Source: a virus
Taxonomy: Duplodnaviria > Caudoviricetes
DNA length: 29,443 nucleotides
Direction: 5' to 3' (one strand)
Virus record (IMG/VR): IMGVR_UViG_3300037424_002061
Coordinates: 1-29,443 of that record
Positions 23,950-29,443 of this stretch are shown piece after piece (position 1 is the stretch's first letter; each line of letters starts with the position of its first letter). The position numbers and the translations under genes were made by a program. Under the pieces are notes generated by a model. That model was given only the letters and a program-made list of their open reading frames with translations, was not told the origin of the DNA and ran no database searches.

Positions 23950-24135
23950 TCACTGGCTAAACATGGTCCTAGCTGCGTTATGGACCTTTATGTAGGTAAA
24001 GACAACCACAGTCTCCCCCTCTTCGTTCTGTTCGGAGCATCCAAGTACCTTGTACCCATTCTGTTCCAAGTCCTTCTTGTACCTAGGGTAATCCCTGTAG
24101 GGACAAACCCCTGTCCTAATTGCTTGTGTTACCAT
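23950..24135 (-). CDS. Mini-protein (beta-alpha-beta-beta pattern)
   Basis: GGAGG RBS; TGVCP...LEQNGYKVLG...VVFTY. Confidence 0.7.
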   Translation of the reverse strand: MVTQAIRTGVCPYRDYPRYKKDLEQNGYKVLGCSEQNEEGETVVVFTYIKVHNAARTMFSQ

Positions 24136-24242
24136 ATTCCTCCCATTTTGTTTAGCGTAACACTTTATGTAATTTAGGTTGATTTCATTTGGGTAAGGTG
24201 GTAGCCTATGGACCCCTAAAACTTTTAATACAAAGGCGTTAT

Positions 24243-24485
24243 ATGAATAATATTACTAATGAATTTTACACACATTGCAGAATCGCAGATTTTGAAAACA
24301 AAGTTAGGTATCTTGAGTCACTAGGCTGGACTGTAGATATTGACGATGTATTTCTCAACTTCCGTGGGGAGAAGTTTGTAAGGTTTTCTTACTCAAACGA
24401 TCCCAACATCCCTATGATGGCCCATGTAAAGAATCCGCAGGCGATGAATAAGCGCATCTTAGACTTGATGAAAGAAAACCTCTAA
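24243..24485 (+). CDS. Mini-protein (beta-alpha-beta-beta pattern)
   Basis: Start moved to ATG 24243; FYTHC...LESLGWTV...VRFSY. Confidence 0.65.
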   Translation: MNNITNEFYTHCRIADFENKVRYLESLGWTVDIDDVFLNFRGEKFVRFSYSNDPNIPMMAHVKNPQAMNKRILDLMKENL

Positions 24486-24655
24486 CGAATTTCTTACACT
24501 TAATTAACTTCTTAAGAATTGGCAATTGGACAACATGGGTTATACTATAGTCGGCACGATAGCACAAAGTCTTACTATAGACCAAAGTCTTAGTGATTTG
24601 TGAATCAAATTCCCCCGTGTTAAAATGGGGGTGAATTTCAAAGGAGGGGGTCTTT

Positions 24656-24952
24656 ATGCAGCCTAACATAATCAATGTCAACATTACTATTAAAGGAAGT
24701 ACAGAAGGACCAAGGGAAGTACCGCTTCGTGTGGAGTCTCCCGAGCCTTTAGATACTACCGTTGTCCAAAGTACTACTAACGCAGCTCAAAGAGCCCTTG
24801 AGCAGCTTCATAGAAGCCACTACGTTGCCGTTGTAAAGTCTGCTAGTGTATCGGCTAAGCTTCTGAAGAAAATCCTTCTAGAGGCTATTCCAACTCTAAC
24901 AGTAAGGATAATCAACTTAGGGGTGAAGATTCTAGTTTTGGCGGGCGTTTAA
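24656..24952 (+). CDS. Hypothetical protein
   Basis: AAGGAGG RBS and an upstream TTGTGA-17-TAAAAT; hydrophobic C-terminus. Confidence 0.7.
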   Translation: MQPNIINVNITIKGSTEGPREVPLRVESPEPLDTTVVQSTTNAAQRALEQLHRSHYVAVVKSASVSAKLLKKILLEAIPTLTVRIINLGVKILVLAGV

Positions 24953-25150
24953 GCCTAAATCAAGAACCTTAAAACGAGCACCAACAAGGTTACAAAAGAG
25001 ATGAATGTTAACGAAAAGATTAGTGTTGCTAGGTAAGGGTTCATTTTGCAATGTAGGTCCAATTGAATCGAAGACGACGGCTGTTTTAATTCTTCTTCTT
25101 GGCTGACCTCTTTTTTCTCTGTCATTTTTTCCCTTGTGTAGCCATTTCAT
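24932..25150 (-). CDS. Hypothetical protein
   Basis: Last ORF of the leftward chain; weak support. Confidence 0.35.
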   Translation of the reverse strand: MKWLHKGKNDREKRGQPRRRIKTAVVFDSIGPTLQNEPLPSNTNLFVNIHLFCNLVGARFKVLDLGLNARQN

Positions 25151-25313
25151 TGATCACCTGCATAGTCTTCTTTGCTGTATCGTCCCGTATCTGAAATGTA
25201 GTAGTCCCATTGTTAACACTGACGTTAACGATAGTGCCTCCATTCCCTTCATGGTAGTGACCTGAGTAATGAACGGCGAAGTCTTTGCTTTGGCAAGTGT
25301 ATTTTCTGATCAC
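25122..25313 (-). CDS. Hypothetical protein
   Basis: GTGA overlap with the upstream gene. Confidence 0.6.
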   Translation of the reverse strand: MIRKYTCQSKDFAVHYSGHYHEGNGGTIVNVSVNNGTTTFQIRDDTAKKTMQVINEMATQGKK

Positions 25314-25495
25314 TTCTCTTTCTTCTTCTGGGGCTCTTTTTTCCCTTTTTCGATACAGAATTGAATATCACACAATCCATCAGAGATTTCTACCAGTGAT
25401 ACATTGATATTTTGTAGACTCACTGAAATCTCTTCCATCCTATTCGTCAGGGCTTTAAAAAACTCGCCTTGTAATTTCTCGTGTTGTTCGCTCAT
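25310..25495 (-). CDS. Small coiled-coil protein
   Basis: ATGA overlap with the upstream stop; heptad pattern MEEISVSLQNINVSLVEISDGLCDI. Confidence 0.65.
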   Translation of the reverse strand: MSEQHEKLQGEFFKALTNRMEEISVSLQNINVSLVEISDGLCDIQFCIEKGKKEPQKKKEK

Positions 25496-25797
25496 GATCC
25501 CCAACATCCTTTGTTAATCCATCTTTCATCAAAGTTTCTTAGAGTACCATCTTTAGGCTTTCTCTTTTTAATTTTTCCAACATGAGGACGTCTTGGCGGC
25601 TCACCTGTAGTAACAAGGGTGAAAACAGCATCCTCTGGGATATGAGAAATGACCATTTCACGAGGCAATGACTTCCTTACGACTATTTCTGTTAGACCGT
25701 TGTGTATGACGTCGAACAAGTGAATGTACTGCCTGAATCTTCTACCGTCTTCCTGCCAGTCGACCTGAAGCATGTATGTATTGTCTGGTCTAATCAT
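25492..25797 (-). CDS. Hypothetical protein
   Basis: 101 aa ORF in the leftward chain. Confidence 0.65.
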   Translation of the reverse strand: MIRPDNTYMLQVDWQEDGRRFRQYIHLFDVIHNGLTEIVVRKSLPREMVISHIPEDAVFTLVTTGEPPRRPHVGKIKKRKPKDGTLRNFDERWINKGCWGS

Positions 25798-25815
25798 GTT
25801 TTAACTCTTTAAAAG

Positions 25816-25876
25816 AAACGCCTACGGTTAGATGAATTGATACTTTAAATCCCAACCTGTTTTAATGTAGGCGTTT
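25816..25876. repeat. Intergenic inverted repeat / bulged hairpin
   Basis: AAACGCCTAC (25816-25825) pairs with GTAGGCGTTT (25867-25876), with an inner imperfect stem. Confidence 0.7.
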
Positions 25877-26120
25877 AAACGTCAACCTTTAGTTCTAAAA
25901 TCTTCATCCATAGAGGCGCGTTGCTCCAATCGTCTAGTCTCTCCTCGTCCAAGGCCTCTTTAATCTCTTTGTGAATGATCTTATGAGTAGTAGGAAGTAA
26001 TTCGTCCCAATGATCCTGTAAAAAACTTACAAAGCGCCATACCATATAACTCCCCCGACCAAGGCAGTACCTAAAGGAACAGACTATTAGCATGTCATGG
26101 GTGCCGTATTTCTCACTCAC
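25875..26120 (-). CDS. Hypothetical phage protein
   Basis: Likely GTG start at 26120 after AGGAG; motif CSFRYCLGRGSYMV and C-terminal W..IL. Confidence 0.7.
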   Translation of the reverse strand: MSEKYGTHDMLIVCSFRYCLGRGSYMVWRFVSFLQDHWDELLPTTHKIIHKEIKEALDEERLDDWSNAPLWMKILELKVDV

Positions 26121-26298
26121 TGGTATCTCCTGGTCTAATCGTGTCATCAAAGAGCATATTCACCATATTGGGGATAGTGTACTTAACTTGGACCATGTCA
26201 GAAAGAGTATTCACCTCAATGATTGTGTACCCCTTTTCATTAAGGTGTTCGGTGAAATCGAGATACAAGTCTATAGGGCAAAATCTAGTGATAATCAT
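26113..26298 (-). CDS. Mini-protein (beta-alpha-beta-beta pattern)
   Basis: AGGA RBS; ITRFCP...LNEKGYTII...VQVKY. Confidence 0.65.
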   Translation of the reverse strand: MIITRFCPIDLYLDFTEHLNEKGYTIIEVNTLSDMVQVKYTIPNMVNMLFDDTIRPGDTSE

Positions 26299-26304
26299 AC
26301 GTTC

Positions 26305-26499
26305 CTACACATTTCTAGCCCAATGAGTCACGGTCATGGCTCTTGATAATTTTTGACCTTCAAAACTATTCCCATTCCACCAACCAGAAATGATGAGGGA
26401 TTTTTTACTTCCTGGAATAACCACTCTTAAAAAGAGTAAATCGAATGGCTCGGGGAAGTCAACCCATTTATTCTCTGGTATCTCCTTCATATTCAACAA
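26305..26499 (-). CDS. Hypothetical protein (DUF551-like pattern)
   Basis: W..FP..F....GWWNG..F......VTHW. Confidence 0.6.
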   Translation of the reverse strand: MLNMKEIPENKWVDFPEPFDLLFLRVVIPGSKKSLIISGWWNGNSFEGQKLSRAMTVTHWARNV

Positions 26500-26887
26500 T
26501 TAAATTGGTTTTGGGATTTTCTGAATACATTTTTCTCATGGTCACGGTATGAATTTGGCTATCGTCCATCCAAAGGACTCCATTGTAGGCATCTAGCATT
26601 TTGTAAAGATTATCTATATCTGGTTTCTTTACATGAGGAGTGCCGATCAGGGTTAAAGTTTTCTTTTTTGATGTATGTTTGGGGATGGGCAACTCAAATA
26701 ACAGAATCAATGAAATAGGGCCTGTAAGCACGTTAAAGCCCTTTGGAAGCTGATTGAGTATAGAAAGACGATAGAACTCTTTAACGCTTCCCTGCTTGTC
26801 GTAAGTGCCAAATTTAGAGAACCTGGGCCTCTCACGGGCCACAGGTACCCCTGGTATTACTATGTGGAGGACGTTCTGACTAGCCAT
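26468..26887 (-). CDS. rusA: RusA-family Holliday junction resolvase
   Basis: IPGVPVARERPRF, KKPDIDNLYK.LDA.NG.LW.DDSQI and K.YS..P. Confidence 0.93.
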   Translation of the reverse strand: MASQNVLHIVIPGVPVARERPRFSKFGTYDKQGSVKEFYRLSILNQLPKGFNVLTGPISLILLFELPIPKHTSKKKTLTLIGTPHVKKPDIDNLYKMLDAYNGVLWMDDSQIHTVTMRKMYSENPKTNLIVEYEGDTRE

Positions 26888-27336
26888 TCAAGTACCACAT
26901 ACCCCGATGTTATAGTAGGAGCTGACCCTCCCCCAGTAAGTACAATATTTGTAGGATCTACCACTATTTGAATTTGTTCGGCAGCTGTGGGAGATACATA
27001 AGGAATTGGATACCAGTTTGTATCATCTGTAGCTGTACCATATATTTTGCTAAAGCTATCTATTTGAGAAAAGTCTAACCCATGGGGATAGGGGCCGGTT
27101 AAGTCTTCAATCGGGTAAAGCTGCCTTTGTGACTGCAAAGGAACTGAAGAAATAAACCAACTCTCTCCCGTAATGGATGGCTTATTTACCGCATATGTAC
27201 CAATCACTTTTACATTAGACTTCATCGCTATATCGACATAAGCCCTAAAGACTTCCTTTGCAAGAGCTTCGATATTGTTAGGAAACTCTCTTTGAGTCTG
27301 AAGAAAAGGGGACCTGTTATGAAGCGCGTTGTTCAT
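26860..27336 (-). CDS. Putative tail-associated protein
   Basis: ATGA-coupled to the nozzle-like gene; beta-rich C-terminus (HGL...KIYG...YVVLEW). Confidence 0.5.
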   Translation of the reverse strand: MNNALHNRSPFLQTQREFPNNIEALAKEVFRAYVDIAMKSNVKVIGTYAVNKPSITGESWFISSVPLQSQRQLYPIEDLTGPYPHGLDFSQIDSFSKIYGTATDDTNWYPIPYVSPTAAEQIQIVVDPTNIVLTGGGSAPTITSGYVVLEWLVRTSST

Positions 27337-29443
27337 GCTAAGTACCCACTAGGGCTTGTATCCAATATCGCCCCATGAAATTCTATCTCGGAAAACTGGT
27401 TTTTAAAGTCCTCGTCTCTCATCTGCTCATCATCCATTGTGATGGCAAATTGTACCACATCTCCAAGAAGAGAAGTATTGATTCTATGCCATATTTGCTC
27501 CTGGTTAAAAGCTGTTGGCATTTGAAGATTTATATTAGCGGGGGTAAGACCTAAGTTGGTGCTCTCAGGACATGTGTAAAGAACCGTATTGAAGATTAGA
27601 GCCCCATTAGTAGTAGGAAGGGGATAAATGGGGCCCTGGTTGTAAGGATGGCTAGAATCCATGCTTAGATAAATGTAAAGAGTCACTTGTCCATTAGCAG
27701 TAGAAGAAAGCAAATACTGTTGTGGGCCCAGCCTTGTTTTCCTAGCCTCTTCCCAGTCGGTTGCAAACTGTTTAGACTGAATGAATGGTATATACATTCT
27801 CTTGATAAGGCCAGCTCCTGTATAGGTGACAGTTTCAGCAAGAGGGAGATTGAGAGTGAAGGTGTCGGTGTTTTGTCTTTCAATAGAGAAAATCTTGTCA
27901 TTGATGGCATCTACGTTAGTACCAAGAACTCCCGAGATAACGATATAGTCCCCTGTATTTAGTCCATGATTAGGGCTCGTTATGGTATTACCCGAGATAT
28001 CGGTGATAGTAAGAGAGTTTCCCTCTCCTGTTCCCACTCCCTTGACGAGAACAAACCCTTGCTGATTACCCCCTAGAACTTGGGGCTGTAAAAGAGTCGA
28101 TTGTCCCGAATTCCAAGGGTCATTCCAAACATTCCATGTAGGATAAACGTTTCCTACTGTAGCCCACGTGTAGCCTGTTCTTTTAGTGAACGTTCCGTAG
28201 GCGGTGTAAGATTCGTAAAGTAGGCCCCAGCTTTTATCTATGTAGTTATATTGCAAGGTAGCATTAGGAAATTTTTCATTTGTGGTAATGGAATTAGAGG
28301 GATAAGAAAAGTAAACCCATTCATGTATAAAGTCCCTGATAGCATGGATTCTTTCTGTTCCATTGTCGCTAAGCCTGCTTTGAAAGATCTGCTCTGGAAT
28401 AGCTTCATCAAACCTTGCGGCCTGAGTCTGTACCGTTGCGACAAACCCACGATCTCCTCTCGAAACCACGGTGTCATTAATGTTAACAGTTGATTGAGGA
28501 CTTGAAGAGCCTAGGCTTGAGTCAATTTCATAGAACTGGAATGGCAAAAGATCTACACTAGTGTAGATAAGTCTCACTTGACGAGAGGTAAGTCCTACTA
28601 TAAGCACATCGTCATTCGTTTCAACGGTATTGATTCTTTGATTGATTCCCACTGGGACATATCCCCCGAATCCTGCTTGGTCTTCAAACCAAGAGGGTGG
28701 AAAGGCTGTTTGATTGTCGGGAACCAGATGCTGAGTAAAATCCGTAGTAGGAAGAGATACGTCCCCAGTAAAAGAAGCCGTATAGTATGGAACTCCATTA
28801 GCGCTATAGACTACAGTATCTTGAAGGTAAATTGGAGAGCCTGAACTTGCTTGGATAACAGCTCCAAAAAATAAGAGTCTATCTTTAAAAGCTTTAATCT
28901 TTCTAGCGCCAACTAAGTAATATTGTGCTTCCGGGACATCCGCAACGCTCCAAGTCTCTTCACTAAGTGGAGGACAGAAGTTAACCCAACCGTTATTGGA
29001 AGTTCTTGGATTTCCATCGTACCACTTTATGCAATCTGTAGTACCGCTAGAGTTGTTTGTGAGAAACTGTACGATACCAAAATCAGCATAAGCCCCCCCA
29101 AGAGTTGCTGCCGGAAAAGTTACTGTAATCGTGGTCGCAGCAATAGCAGTTACATATCCCGTCTGGAAATTGATCCCCGTATTTCCTGTGACTTCATTGA
29201 TAAATACCCAGTCTCCTACAACAAGTGGATGGGTTCCAATTGTGATTCTAGCAGATGCTGGAGGACCAGCAACCACCGAGTCTATATCTGAAATTGTCTG
29301 AAACTGCATCCCGATATTGGTTGTGACAAAAGGAATAGTGATACCATTGACGGCGAACATTGCCCCCTGATAGTTAGCGGTATCAAATAGCTGGTAGTCT
29401 TGACCATTCCATACAAACTCCGTATCCTCAGTCTTTTGAGTGT
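27333..29443 (-). CDS. Tail nozzle / packaged-DNA stabilisation protein (P22 gp10 / T7 gp12-like), 5' end outside window
   Basis: The frame stays open from the track start at 29360 to the window end (TQKTEDTEFVWNGQDYQLFDTANYQGAM...). Beta-propeller-like content (AFKDRLLFF, YNYIDKSW) and two HxL..GD.V.I..V.G inserts. Confidence 0.65.
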   Translation of the reverse strand, partial: TQKTEDTEFVWNGQDYQLFDTANYQGAMFAVNGITIPFVTTNIGMQFQTISDIDSVVAGPPASARITIGTHPLVVGDWVFINEVTGNTGINFQTGYVTAIAATTITVTFPAATLGGAYADFGIVQFLTNNSSGTTDCIKWYDGNPRTSNNGWVNFCPPLSEETWSVADVPEAQYYLVGARKIKAFKDRLLFFGAVIQASSGSPIYLQDTVVYSANGVPYYTASFTGDVSLPTTDFTQHLVPDNQTAFPPSWFEDQAGFGGYVPVGINQRINTVETNDDVLIVGLTSRQVRLIYTSVDLLPFQFYEIDSSLGSSSPQSTVNINDTVVSRGDRGFVATVQTQAARFDEAIPEQIFQSRLSDNGTERIHAIRDFIHEWVYFSYPSNSITTNEKFPNATLQYNYIDKSWGLLYESYTAYGTFTKRTGYTWATVGNVYPTWNVWNDPWNSGQSTLLQPQVLGGNQQGFVLVKGVGTGEGNSLTITDISGNTITSPNHGLNTGDYIVISGVLGTNVDAINDKIFSIERQNTDTFTLNLPLAETVTYTGAGLIKRMYIPFIQSKQFATDWEEARKTRLGPQQYLLSSTANGQVTLYIYLSMDSSHPYNQGPIYPLPTTNGALIFNTVLYTCPESTNLGLTPANINLQMPTAFNQEQIWHRINTSLLGDVVQFAITMDDEQMRDEDFKNQFSEIEFHGAILDTSPSGYLA

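Noticed and set aside
27683-29291. Short alternative-frame and plus-strand ORFs within the nozzle-like gene
   Set aside because: Fully nested in a long coherent ORF, with no supporting signals.
1-29443. Alternative genetic code or stop-codon reassignment
   Set aside because: Known genes translate intact with code 11, and TAA, TAG and TGA all end genes at sensible coupled junctions.
1-29443. Absence of endolysin, capsid and integrase as a biological feature
   Set aside because: The window is truncated inside genes at both ends, so absence cannot be concluded.

Overview
This window is an internal part of a tailed dsDNA phage or prophage genome of podovirus (P22-like) type. Both ends cut minus-strand structural genes: a portal gene at the left and a tail nozzle/stabilisation gene at the right. 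The capsid and scaffold genes therefore probably lie outside the window, between these two genes on a circular or permuted map. Recognisable genes include TerL, a distant and divergently oriented TerS, YqaJ exonuclease, ERF annealase, two HNH endonucleases, a Cro-like regulator, a Zn-finger/Toprim primase-helicase, a SpoVG-like protein with an SSB-type tail, RusA, a metallophosphoesterase, three putative ejection proteins and a roughly 7 kb cluster of tail-fibre-like genes. Gene order is unusually scrambled. The most notable unexplained signals are: two strongly structured intergenic elements (11674-11886 and 13531-13677); a 37-38 bp bidirectional promoter-like element at four divergent junctions, two copies of which share an exact 17 bp inverted repeat upstream of terL and of the terS operon; a candidate sRNA with an anti-Shine-Dalgarno loop; five dispersed paralogous mini-proteins; and three tandem stand-alone fibre-tip genes. 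No integrase, tRNA, CRISPR array or recognisable endolysin was seen. All family calls come from motif recognition by eye, not database searches.
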